Notes: generated from the sequence alone by a model not told the origin. Positions 18,541 through 27,761 are shown, counted from the stretch's first letter. The stretch is 64,000 nt of DNA from an uncultured Gammaproteobacteria bacterium (GCA_964493305.1 CAZBLW010000002.1:142812-206811), one strand, 5' to 3'. A program made the numbers and translations.

Positions 18541-20286
18541 TTAATAATTTAATTCAGAAAGAAAACCGTCTAATTTCTTATTTATTGATTCGCGCTCTTT
18601 TTCAAGAGATTTCAGTTCCGTCCATACAGTTTTTACGTTTATAAATTCTTTATCTTCTGATGAATCAATATACTGACTTATGTTTAAGTTGTAATCATTT
18701 TCAGTGATTTCCTTTATATCAACTACCCGAGTATATTTTTCAATATCGGAATATCCATCGTATGCTTTTACGATTTTATTTATATCTTGTGGTCGTAAAG
18801 AATTCTGATTTTTTCCCTCAAGAAAATCTTTTTCTGCATCAATAATCAAAACCTTATTCTTTTTGTTTTCTGGCTTGTTTTTATTGAGGATAAGAATAGC
18901 CGCTGGGATGCCCGTGCCATAGAAAAGTTTAGCTGGTAAAGCAATAACAGCTTCAATTAAATCATTCTTAAGAATTTGCTCACGAATACGACCTTCGGCA
19001 CCACTACGGAATAAAACACCATGCGGAAGAACAATGCCAGCTCGGCCGTTTACATTCATCGATTTAATAATATGCAAAACAAAAGCATAGTCGGCATTTT
19101 TTTCTGGAGGCATATCATAACCTTCAAGTCGACCATATTTATTTGTCTTAAATATTTCTGATTCCCAGTCCTTGATCGAGTAGGGTGGATTTGCAACGCA
19201 GATATCAAATGTTTGCAAATTGCCATTTTGTGTTAGAAATTGAGGATTCGCGATTGTATCGCCACGACGAATATCAGCACTATCAAGACCGTGCAAAAAC
19301 ATATTAATTTTTGCAATAGCAAAAGTACTGATATTTAATTCTTGTCCGTAGAGATAAAGTGTTTTAGCAATTTTCTCGCCAGATTTTTGCTTTAGATAGT
19401 CGTATGCTTCAAGCAGGAAACCGCCTGATCCAGCCGTTGGGTCATAAATGTGATCTTTTTGATGAGGCTTTAAAATTCCGATGATAACTTTTTCAACTTC
19501 ACGAGGTGTGTAGAACTCTCCACCTTTTTTCCCTGCATCTGCGGCGAATTGTTTAATGAGATATTCATAGGCATCACCTAAAAGATCGGAACTGATATAG
19601 GTGTTACCAAAATTATATTGAGAAAAATGATTGATAAGTCTTTGAAGTGTTTCGTTTGGAAAACGATCTCTGTTTGAGAAATCAAGATCATCAAAAATTT
19701 TGTCCAGTTTCGGACTATTGGCATTAGCAAGTTTTTCAAAAATATCATTTAACTTTTGACCGATACTTTCCGCTTGTTCGGTAATAACATTCCATCTACA
19801 ATCTTTTGGAACTTGAAAACGGTGGTTATAGTCAGCGCCGGCAATTGTCTTATCGTTATACTCTTTCATTATCGACTCGTACTCTTCGTCCCACACATCA
19901 CTCATTCTTTTATAAAACAAAAGCCCGAAGATGTATTTTTTATAATCCGAGCTGTCTATTTTTCCTCGAAGGATGTCGGCACTCTTCCAAAGAAAAGCTT
20001 CAAGCTGAGGTAAGGTAAGTTTGCTACCCATTTTATCCACGATCGCTTGAATATCCTGTGGGCGATATTTGCGATCTTTGCGTGGACCAACTCTAAGGGG
20101 AACAAGTGTGCCGTCCTTTTCCCAGTTTCTTAAAGTATCTTGGTGGATGCTAAAAATCTCTGCTACCTGACCGATAGAGAGTAACTCTGGCATTCCTTTG
20201 AGTTTTTCTTGGATGTCTTTTCTCATATTGTTTAATATAAGTCTATCAGACTCCAAATATAAAGTCAAATGTTCATAGGTTTTCAT
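18541..20286 (-). CDS. hsdM: Type I R-M methyltransferase subunit (HsdM) with N-terminal excisionase/MerR-type HTH extension
   Basis: HsdM N-terminal domain (LEAFLWKSADILRG) and N6-adenine methyltransferase motif NPPY (VANPPYS). An extra ~85-aa N-terminus has an HTH_17-like sequence (LSIGQVAEIFSIHQDTLRNWEKDGTLVPLRVG). Confidence 0.9.
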   Translation of the reverse strand: MKTYEHLTLYLESDRLILNNMRKDIQEKLKGMPELLSIGQVAEIFSIHQDTLRNWEKDGTLVPLRVGPRKDRKYRPQDIQAIVDKMGSKLTLPQLEAFLWKSADILRGKIDSSDYKKYIFGLLFYKRMSDVWDEEYESIMKEYNDKTIAGADYNHRFQVPKDCRWNVITEQAESIGQKLNDIFEKLANANSPKLDKIFDDLDFSNRDRFPNETLQRLINHFSQYNFGNTYISSDLLGDAYEYLIKQFAADAGKKGGEFYTPREVEKVIIGILKPHQKDHIYDPTAGSGGFLLEAYDYLKQKSGEKIAKTLYLYGQELNISTFAIAKINMFLHGLDSADIRRGDTIANPQFLTQNGNLQTFDICVANPPYSIKDWESEIFKTNKYGRLEGYDMPPEKNADYAFVLHIIKSMNVNGRAGIVLPHGVLFRSGAEGRIREQILKNDLIEAVIALPAKLFYGTGIPAAILILNKNKPENKKNKVLIIDAEKDFLEGKNQNSLRPQDINKIVKAYDGYSDIEKYTRVVDIKEITENDYNLNISQYIDSSEDKEFINVKTVWTELKSLEKERESINKKLDGFLSELNY

Positions 20287-20346
20287 AGGTCTGTATAGTA
20301 GCTTAACCCTGAAAATACGGGTAATTTACTTGTCTACAGGTTATCT

Positions 20347-20396
20347 ACTCGGGACGCTCTGGACTCCTTTGGGGATTGGCGTCATTCATTAGATAT
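20347..20396 (+). repeat. Conserved sequence upstream of recombinase copy 2 (second copy of 2457..2507)
   Basis: Identical 22-mer actcgggacgctctggactcct at 20347..20368. Confidence 0.6.
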
Positions 20397-21722
20397 ATGA
20401 AAATAACAGCCCCAAAGGGCTATGAGGTGGCCCAAATACAGCCTCAAACGGTCAAAGTTAGGTATTGCCTGTATGCCCGTAAATCAACAGAATCGGAGGA
20501 AAGACAGGTACTTTCCATTGATTCGCAGATAAAAGAGATGCTTCAGCTCGCTGAAAGAGAGAATTTGGAGGTGGTTTGTATGAAGCGTGAGAGTCATTCA
20601 GCCAAGGAAACTGGACAAAGACCGGTCTTTAACGAGATCATTGAAGAAATACGAGTCAAGAAGTATAACGCTATCCTCACCTGGGCACCCGATCGTATTT
20701 CAAGAAATGCCGGGGACTTAGGAAAGATTGTGGATTTGATGGATGCAGGACTTCTACAAGAAATCAGAACCTACGGACAAAAGTTTTCAAACAATCCAAA
20801 TGAAAAATTCTTGCTGATGATTCTTGGATCACAGGCAAAACTTGAAAATGATAACAGAGGCGTAAATGTAAAACGCGGACTACGAACAAGAGTGGAAATG
20901 GGATTGTGGCCAGGAGTGGCACCGCTCGGATATTTGAATCAAAACTTAATGGATAAGAAATGCCAAGTGATTATTGATCCGCAACGTGCGTCGACAATTA
21001 AGAAAATGTTTGAGAAAGTGGCGTATGAACATTACTCAGGTAGAAAACTATATAATTGGTTACGCCATGAACTTAATTTCTATACCCGAGGAAACAAACC
21101 ATTAACACTGAGTGGAATATATAGAATCTTGGATAATCACTTCTATTACGGAACGTTTGAATCGCCGAAAGGTAGTGGTAATTGGTATCAAGGAAAACAC
21201 GCACCGATCATAACACAAGAATTATTTGAAAAAGCTCAAGCGCAACTAAAACGAGATAATATACAGCGCGAAAATAAAGAATTTGCCTTTACTAAACTAT
21301 TCACTTGCGGATACTGTGGAAGTGGAATATCTGCCGAAGAAAAATGGAAACAACTCAAAGATGGAACGCACGCAAAATACATCTACTACTCTTGTAGTAG
21401 AGCGAGAGATAGAAACTGTAAAAATCACTATATACGAGAAGAAGATTTAATAACCGAATTACTTAAAATACTGGATAAAGTAAACATTAATGAGTTGGGT
21501 ATGAGACAAAAATTGGAAGATGAGATAGCGAGATTCAATATTTTTCAAAGATCGGTACTTGGTGCAACGGAAAAGATTAAAAATAACCAAGATACTGATA
21601 TACGAAACTTCGCCAAGTATATTTTGAAAGAAGGTACAGTTGGCGAGAAAAGAGAGCTACTGGCGAATCTGAGATCGAGAATAATTTACAAAGACAAACA
21701 ACTTACGCTGATTGAGGAATAA
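20397..21722 (+). CDS. Large serine recombinase (paralogue of 2508..3848)
   Basis: The same domain set as copy 1: resolvase domain, recombinase domain and zinc ribbon. About 80% aa identity. ATG start chosen by alignment with copy 1. The ORF-track start at 20376 is a TTG. Confidence 0.85.
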   Translation: MKITAPKGYEVAQIQPQTVKVRYCLYARKSTESEERQVLSIDSQIKEMLQLAERENLEVVCMKRESHSAKETGQRPVFNEIIEEIRVKKYNAILTWAPDRISRNAGDLGKIVDLMDAGLLQEIRTYGQKFSNNPNEKFLLMILGSQAKLENDNRGVNVKRGLRTRVEMGLWPGVAPLGYLNQNLMDKKCQVIIDPQRASTIKKMFEKVAYEHYSGRKLYNWLRHELNFYTRGNKPLTLSGIYRILDNHFYYGTFESPKGSGNWYQGKHAPIITQELFEKAQAQLKRDNIQRENKEFAFTKLFTCGYCGSGISAEEKWKQLKDGTHAKYIYYSCSRARDRNCKNHYIREEDLITELLKILDKVNINELGMRQKLEDEIARFNIFQRSVLGATEKIKNNQDTDIRNFAKYILKEGTVGEKRELLANLRSRIIYKDKQLTLIEE

Positions 21723-21761
21723 TAAAAATACACGAGTTGATCGTGTATTTTATTTAACTAT

Positions 21762-22229
21762 TTAGATATGTATAGCTTGCTTAATAGCTGATTCTAGTTC
21801 GCTTGGAACATCTGTTCCTATGCGATAAATTTTTCCATTTCTCATGATTATTTCTACCGCATCAAAACCAGAAACATTGTAAATACATATACGTGGCCAA
21901 AACCAAACCCTCAAACCCCAGCCGTAATACCAATGATTCTTTACTTGCTTGACTGATGCAATTTCACTTAATAGAAACTTTTTTCTAAAAAGTCCATAAC
22001 CAAATTTAATTCCAATATATTTTTCATCAATAGATACCGTTAGCGTTGTAACTGATGAAAGAGTAAACAAAATTAAAACCATTATGGCCGTAACGAGAAA
22101 ATTTGCGCCAGAATCAGTAGATGGTGGCTCAGATCTTACCGTATACTGAGCCCATGCAAAAAGAACCAGCACAGCTAATGTGACTATTATCATCAGGTAT
22201 CCAATTTGAGTGTGTTTATATGAAGTCAT
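21762..22229 (-). CDS. Hypothetical membrane protein (two TM + possible bacterial PH-like domain)
   Basis: ORF with two hydrophobic segments. No catalytic motifs. Confidence 0.35.
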   Translation of the reverse strand: MTSYKHTQIGYLMIIVTLAVLVLFAWAQYTVRSEPPSTDSGANFLVTAIMVLILFTLSSVTTLTVSIDEKYIGIKFGYGLFRKKFLLSEIASVKQVKNHWYYGWGLRVWFWPRICIYNVSGFDAVEIIMRNGKIYRIGTDVPSELESAIKQAIHI

Positions 22230-22232
22230 ATT

Positions 22233-23042
22233 TTAATTAATTGTCTGCACTATCCGATCAACAGTGGAATCAATATCAAAAGCTTCTCTTTCATTGGTGC
22301 ATGCTTTTCTTGGTTCCTCGTCGTAATTATTACAATTAGGATATTGTAGAGTAAAATTAATTTTTATAAGTTTGCCATTCTTAGCGATAGTGTAAACATA
22401 GGAGGAATAAACACTACCGGCCGCACCCTCGTTTTTTATGTTTACACAATAAGTTCTGTCATCAACCATCCTCTCCGAAGTTATATCCGACATACTACTT
22501 ACTTCCTGTGGTGTAGTTTTACATGAATATGTTCCAGTCTCAATTTTTATACTCGGTGGCCATTCCGTAACGCTTACATATTTCGCCAATAACTCTTTCG
22601 GATATTGAAACGTTATGCCCTGATCATTAGTGGTCGTTGTCCATAGATTATGGTTGGAATTATTGTTGTTTTCAGTAATAGTCCAGAGCGAATAATAGCG
22701 ACTGTAATATCTGTGAGTAGCAACGGCGGTTTGTCCTGTTGTAGACTTAAAAAAATAACCGGAACCCATTTGCTCGGTGAATTCGTATCCCTTGGCTTTC
22801 ATAAAATCATGTATCACAGTCCCGTTTTTACTTTCGGTCATAAATTTGCTATCCGAACCCGACAACTTCACGATATCACTATCGCTAAATTTTAATTTAA
22901 CTATGCCCTTAATCTGTGGCCAAGGATTGCCTTCTTGAAAAATTACTGAGGAATATAAAGATAGAAAAATACCTGCAATTAAAATGATTGCGGAGACAAG
23001 CAATAATATCTTTTTATTTTTTGAGGAATGTTCAAAAATCAT
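22233..23042 (-). CDS. Hypothetical membrane-anchored/secreted protein
   Basis: N-terminal hydrophobic anchor. N/T/S-rich and Cys-containing extracytoplasmic region. Confidence 0.35.
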   Translation of the reverse strand: MIFEHSSKNKKILLLVSAIILIAGIFLSLYSSVIFQEGNPWPQIKGIVKLKFSDSDIVKLSGSDSKFMTESKNGTVIHDFMKAKGYEFTEQMGSGYFFKSTTGQTAVATHRYYSRYYSLWTITENNNNSNHNLWTTTTNDQGITFQYPKELLAKYVSVTEWPPSIKIETGTYSCKTTPQEVSSMSDITSERMVDDRTYCVNIKNEGAAGSVYSSYVYTIAKNGKLIKINFTLQYPNCNNYDEEPRKACTNEREAFDIDSTVDRIVQTIN

Positions 23043-23047
23043 AGTGA

Positions 23048-23230
23048 CTATTTTTTATTCTTGCCTCTGATCACAATAACAACAGTGGCAATAATTAGAA
23101 TAAGACCTATTCCTTGTAATCCAGGGCTATCGTCAAATTCACCAAATACAATAAAAAATACTCCCAATAATATTGCTAAAACTTTTGGGATCCAATATAA
23201 GATCTTGGTTTTTATATTAGAGTTGTTCAT
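23048..23230 (-). CDS. Small hypothetical membrane protein
   Basis: 60-aa ORF with two hydrophobic helices. Confidence 0.25.
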   Translation of the reverse strand: MNNSNIKTKILYWIPKVLAILLGVFFIVFGEFDDSPGLQGIGLILIIATVVIVIRGKNKK

Positions 23231-23327
23231 TCACTTATATTATATCTCAAAAATTGACTTTATTAAAGAACCACTTTTTTACAAAAATAAAAATAGCGAT
23301 CACAAAGTCGTTGTTTTTATTTACAAT

Positions 23328-23397
23328 TTATTAGGCACTCGGGTCGCACATTCGTCATAGACAAATGGGTTGACTCCGATAATAAATTGTCTTGGCG
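23328..23397. repeat. tRNA-proximal copy of the att-like direct repeat
   Basis: Matches 3897..3966 at both ends. Overlaps the 3' end of tRNA-Ser. Confidence 0.6.
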
Positions 23398-23485
23398 GAG
23401 AGGGAGGGATTCGAACCCTCGATAGGGATTTAAACTCCTATAACAGGTTAGCAACCTGCCGCCTTCAGCCACTCGGCCACCTCTC
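23392..23485 (-). tRNA. tRNA-Ser (anticodon GCT), class II with long variable arm, CCA encoded
   Basis: Reverse complement folds into a cloverleaf: GGAGAGG acceptor, anticodon loop UUGCUAA, T-arm GAGGGUUCGAAUCCCUC, 3' CCUCUCCGCCA. Confidence 0.8.
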
Positions 23486-23562
23486 CGTAATTAGAATATT
23501 GAATCTAGAATAAAGAATATTATTAAAATACCAGGTTATTGTAATGAAAAATATTATTGGTG

Positions 23563-24222
23563 TCAATTTTTAGCCAATACCAGCCCGATTACTTTGATTG
23601 CTCCATTTTGTCGTAAAACTTTAGCTGCTTCATTAAGACTCACCCCAGTCGTAACTACATCATCAACTAAAAGTATTTTTTTGCCAATAATTTTTTGTTT
23701 ATCTACTATCGTAAAAACACCACTGATATTTTTTAAGCGTTTTATTATATTTAGTTTAGTTTGATGTTTGGTGTATTTTTTTCTGATCAAAGTTTCACCA
23801 ACCACTGGTATATTTAAGTATTGGCCAATAAATTCGGCCAAAATTTTACTTTGATTGAAACCTCTTTCCAAATAGCGCCGTCGGTGCAGAGGCAGGGGAA
23901 TAATTATAAAATCAGCTAAAGTGTGGTTTAATTTATTTTTTTTCAAATAGCTAACCGTCAAACTAGCCAAAATTTCTCCCAAGTGTTCTTGGTAGTGAAA
24001 TTTAAAAAGGTCAATAAGTCTAGCTAAGATTTTATTGGCATAGAAACTAGTTACATGGACTTGATCCAAGTAGTCCTGAAATCTAATTTTTTCCGGAGGC
24101 TGACTTGATCTAATGGGAATTTGTTTTAGACAGTGAGGACAGATAAATTCGCCCAAAACTTGACAGCCCAAACATTCTTTTGGGAAGAAAAGAGATTGTA
24201 AAAATGAAAAAAAATTTTTCAT
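23563..24222 (-). CDS. comF: ComF family protein (phosphoribosyltransferase domain with N-terminal zinc finger)
   Basis: CLGCQ...CPHC zinc finger and PRTase motif ILLVDDVVTTGVS. Confidence 0.7.
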   Translation of the reverse strand: MKNFFSFLQSLFFPKECLGCQVLGEFICPHCLKQIPIRSSQPPEKIRFQDYLDQVHVTSFYANKILARLIDLFKFHYQEHLGEILASLTVSYLKKNKLNHTLADFIIIPLPLHRRRYLERGFNQSKILAEFIGQYLNIPVVGETLIRKKYTKHQTKLNIIKRLKNISGVFTIVDKQKIIGKKILLVDDVVTTGVSLNEAAKVLRQNGAIKVIGLVLAKN

Positions 24223-24230
24223 TAACCTTA

Positions 24231-26702
24231 TTATTTTATTGCCAGTTTTTTGTTACGTAGGGAGATGTGGAAGGTTTTTTTATCAGCATGTTGCAAAAAA
24301 GCATCAGCCAACAATTGTCCTAAATATTTTTCTATGTTTCGTCTGATTTCTCTAGCGCCTTTGTTTTCACCCGCACTGATGTTAGCCAAATAATTTATGA
24401 CCGAGGGAGTAAAATTTATAGTGAGTTGTCGTTGTTGTAAATTGCTGATAAGTTCAGCCATTTGCAATTTAACAATTCTCTTTAAGCTGGTTTGGTCTAA
24501 AGGATTGAAAACTAAGATTTTATCTAAGCGATTTAGTAGTTCTGGTTTAAACTCTTGTTCCAATTCTTGAATGACCTGTTGTTTGACTTGTTGGGTAGAA
24601 AATTTTTGGCCTTTTTTATCTTGATCAAAGCCAAAAGTTTGGGCTTGATTGAATTTGTCTGAAGCTAAGTTGGACGTCATAACAATAATACTGTGTTTGA
24701 AATTTATTTTTCTACCCTCAGCATCAGTCAAATTACCTTCATCCAAAATTTGCAATAGTAGATTGAAGACATCGGGATGTCCTTTTTCTATTTCATCAAA
24801 AAGTATGACGGTATAAGGACGACGTCTGACTGCATCAGTTATTTTTCCGCCTTCTTTGTAGCCAACATAGCCAGCTGGAGCACCGATTAGTTTGGATATA
24901 TTGAAACTTTCGGAAAATTCTGACATATCGATTCTAATCAGCGCTTGTTCACTACCAAAGTATTCACTGGCCAAACGTTTGGCTAATTCAGTTTTACCAA
25001 CTCCTGATGGACCCAAGAACAGAAAACTACCAATTGGTTTATTTTGTGTAGCTAATCCCAGTTGCGCTCTTTTGATAACCGCACAAACTTCAGCTATTAC
25101 TTCATTTTGTCCAATAATATATTTGTTGAGATTTTTTTCCAAATTGGCAATTCTTAAATCAGTTTGTTGATTTAAATAGGTTAAAGGGATGTTGGTTATC
25201 TGAGTAACTACTTGACTGATATCTAATCCAGTAATTTTCGGTTTTTGTGGTGGGTTGGCAACAAGTTTTTTTTCTATAGTTTGGTATTCTTTTTTAAATT
25301 TATATTCCTCATCTTTCAACTTTATCGCCAAGTCATAGTTTTCTTCAGTGATAGCTTGATATTTACGTTGGGTCACGTCTTTGATTTTGTCTGCCAAAGC
25401 AAATAATTTTTTTTGTAAATTTGAATGTTTATGTCTGATTTTTGCCCGGCTAGCAGCTTCATCTATCAAATCAATGGCTTTGTCAGGTAAAAATTTTTCT
25501 GGTTGATATCTGATAGATAGATCAACCGCCAATCGTAGGGCTTCATCCAGGATTTCTACTTGGTGAAACGATTCATAATATTGTTTTAAGCCTTGTAAAA
25601 TTGCAATAGTCTGTTCGCGATCAGGCTCATTTACTTGAATGGTTTGAAAGCGACGTTCCAAGGCTGGATCTGATTCGATATATTTTCTATATTCATTCAT
25701 AGTGGTAGCACCGATACATCTTATTTCGCCGCGGGCTAGGGCGGGTTTAATAATATTGGCCGCATCCATAGTGCCGCCGGTAGTTGAACCAGCGCCAATT
25801 ATATTGTGCAATTCATCGATAAAGATAATAATGTCCGGATTTTGTTTTATTTCCTCTAAAACGTTTTTTAGTCTGGCTTCAAATTCGCCCCGGTACATGG
25901 TACCGGCTAACATCAATCCTAAATCCAAACTAAGAATTTTTTTGTTTTTCAAAATTTCCGGAACATCACCCAAGGATATTTTTTTGGCCAACCCTTCAAC
26001 TATAGCAGTTTTACCTACGCCGGGATCACCCAAGAGTAAAGGGTTGTTTTTATTGCGTCGTGAGAGAATTTGAATCAGACGATCAATTTCAGTTTGTCGG
26101 CCAATCACCGGGTCAATCCGTTCTTGGATTTGCTGATTGGTTAGATCGGTAGAAAATAGTTCCAACAAACTTTTTTCTCTGGTTAGATTTTTTTGTTCAA
26201 ACATTTTTTCATCTTGCATTGGTCCTCCCATAAGATCGGAAAAAACATCATTAATATCAGAAAAATTTGAAGTTGAATGCAAAACCGCTTCTAAATTGTT
26301 TTTTAGTCTGGCAAAAGAAATGTTTTTATTTTTAAATAGTGTCAATATTTTATCATCCGGCATAATTATCAAAGCCATGAGCAAATGTTCAGTGCCCACA
26401 TAAAGGTGACGATACTCAAAAGCTAAATTTAGCATTTTGGTAATAATTTTTTGAGCATCAGCTGAAAGTTCCAAAGTGATGATGCGATTGTTCAACGGCT
26501 GATCAGAAGCCGTGGTGTTTTCTGCCAAGCCGTTTTTGTGTAGTATTTCGGCCGCTAGACTACCGGGTTGTTTGAGAATTCCTTGCAACAGATGAATTGG
26601 CTCCACAGCAGTTAGGTTTTCTTGTTTAGCCAAGAATCCCGCAATTTTTAAGACGTTTTTTAGATGTTTGGTAAATTTGTTGAATATATCGGAAGTAAGC
26701 AT
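24231..26702 (-). CDS. ATP-dependent Clp chaperone ATPase subunit (ClpC/ClpB family, two AAA+ domains)
   Basis: Clp_N domain. NBD1 LLGDPGVGKTAIVEGLA. NBD2 FLFLGPSGVGKTELAKRLA. 823 aa. Confidence 0.85.
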   Translation of the reverse strand: MLTSDIFNKFTKHLKNVLKIAGFLAKQENLTAVEPIHLLQGILKQPGSLAAEILHKNGLAENTTASDQPLNNRIITLELSADAQKIITKMLNLAFEYRHLYVGTEHLLMALIIMPDDKILTLFKNKNISFARLKNNLEAVLHSTSNFSDINDVFSDLMGGPMQDEKMFEQKNLTREKSLLELFSTDLTNQQIQERIDPVIGRQTEIDRLIQILSRRNKNNPLLLGDPGVGKTAIVEGLAKKISLGDVPEILKNKKILSLDLGLMLAGTMYRGEFEARLKNVLEEIKQNPDIIIFIDELHNIIGAGSTTGGTMDAANIIKPALARGEIRCIGATTMNEYRKYIESDPALERRFQTIQVNEPDREQTIAILQGLKQYYESFHQVEILDEALRLAVDLSIRYQPEKFLPDKAIDLIDEAASRAKIRHKHSNLQKKLFALADKIKDVTQRKYQAITEENYDLAIKLKDEEYKFKKEYQTIEKKLVANPPQKPKITGLDISQVVTQITNIPLTYLNQQTDLRIANLEKNLNKYIIGQNEVIAEVCAVIKRAQLGLATQNKPIGSFLFLGPSGVGKTELAKRLASEYFGSEQALIRIDMSEFSESFNISKLIGAPAGYVGYKEGGKITDAVRRRPYTVILFDEIEKGHPDVFNLLLQILDEGNLTDAEGRKINFKHSIIVMTSNLASDKFNQAQTFGFDQDKKGQKFSTQQVKQQVIQELEQEFKPELLNRLDKILVFNPLDQTSLKRIVKLQMAELISNLQQRQLTINFTPSVINYLANISAGENKGAREIRRNIEKYLGQLLADAFLQHADKKTFHISLRNKKLAIK

Positions 26703-26765
26703 ATAAATAAATTAGTTTTGGTATAAAGATTATAGAAAAATATAGCTATTTTGGCAATCAATATA

Positions 26766-26793
26766 AAAAAACCCTGAAATGTATCAGGGTTTT
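26766..26793 (-). terminator. Rho-independent terminator after htpX
   Basis: aaaccctga..tcagggttt hairpin. Read on the minus strand it is followed by a T-run. Confidence 0.5.
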
Positions 26794-27667
26794 ATGCCAT
26801 GTTTCGTAAAGCTTTTATACGGTCTTCAATAGGCGGATGAGTTGAAAATAGTTTAGTTATAGCTGCCTTATTACTAAATGGATTAGCAATATACAGATGA
26901 GCAGTAGCTTTGTTGGCGCGTTTGATGTCTGGTTGGTAAGAGATTTTTTCTAGCGCCCTAGCTAAACCTTCTGGGTATCTAGTTAGTAGTGCTCCCGAAG
27001 CATCAGCTAGAAATTCTCTTTTTCTGGAAATGGCCAATTTTATCAATTCAGCAAATAGGGGAGAAAGTATTGCTAGCACTAGTCCAACCAAAGCAAAAAT
27101 TGCCCCGTTGTTTTGTCTATTGTTAGAGCTGCGAAAAAAATTGAAACGTAAAAACCAATCAGCCAGCAAAGTCACGACGCCCACCAAAACAATCACTAGC
27201 ATCATTAGTCTAATATCATAATTTTTTATGTGTGATAATTCGTGAGCAATTACTCCTTCCAGCTCTTCATTTTCTAAAGCTTGGATAATACCAGTAGTCA
27301 AAGCAATTGAGGCGTGTTCTGGGTCTCGGCCAGTAGCAAAAGCATTTAAAGCAGAATCATTGATGATGTAAACTTTAGGTATAGGAACCCCGGCAGTGAT
27401 TGCCAGGTTTTCTACCAAGCGATAAACATAAGGATTGTCGTTTTGCGCGATGGGTCCAACGGCACCAGCTGTTTTTAGAGCTATAGTATCACCTTTATAA
27501 TAGCTAGTTAAAGTCATCACAATTGATACAACCACTGCTACAATCAAGCCATTGTAACCATAACCAGTCGCTTGACCGATTACATAACCCAAAAAGATTA
27601 CCAAAATAGTAAAAATGGTAACTAAGAGTAGACTTTTTCTTTTATTGGTATCAATTTGGGAATACAC
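26792..27667 (-). CDS. htpX: Zinc metalloprotease HtpX (M48)
   Basis: HEXXH HELSHI, multiple TM segments, typical size. Confidence 0.85.
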   Translation of the reverse strand: MYSQIDTNKRKSLLLVTIFTILVIFLGYVIGQATGYGYNGLIVAVVVSIVMTLTSYYKGDTIALKTAGAVGPIAQNDNPYVYRLVENLAITAGVPIPKVYIINDSALNAFATGRDPEHASIALTTGIIQALENEELEGVIAHELSHIKNYDIRLMMLVIVLVGVVTLLADWFLRFNFFRSSNNRQNNGAIFALVGLVLAILSPLFAELIKLAISRKREFLADASGALLTRYPEGLARALEKISYQPDIKRANKATAHLYIANPFSNKAAITKLFSTHPPIEDRIKALRNMA

Positions 27668-27761
27668 AAAAAATTATAAATTTTAAATTATCCCGCCACT
27701 TCAATATATTATAATAAAGCGGGATCCCGCCAAGGCGGTGATAAATTTTACAACAGATAAA

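Larger units (their letters stand above)
3967..23391. mobile_element. Integrated element / defence island inserted at the 3' end of tRNA-Ser (satellite-like: recombinase + ParB-methyltransferase + TerS-like, no terL or structural genes)
   Basis: Bounded by the imperfect direct repeats 3897..3966 and 23328..23397. Contains a serine recombinase, a partial packaging module and AT-rich defence cargo. Confidence 0.45.

Noticed and set aside
2487-20396. ORF-track starts for the recombinases: ATG at 2487 and TTG at 20376
   Set aside because: Aligning the two copies places the homologous ATGs at 2508 and 20397. Sequence upstream of them is the conserved non-coding site.
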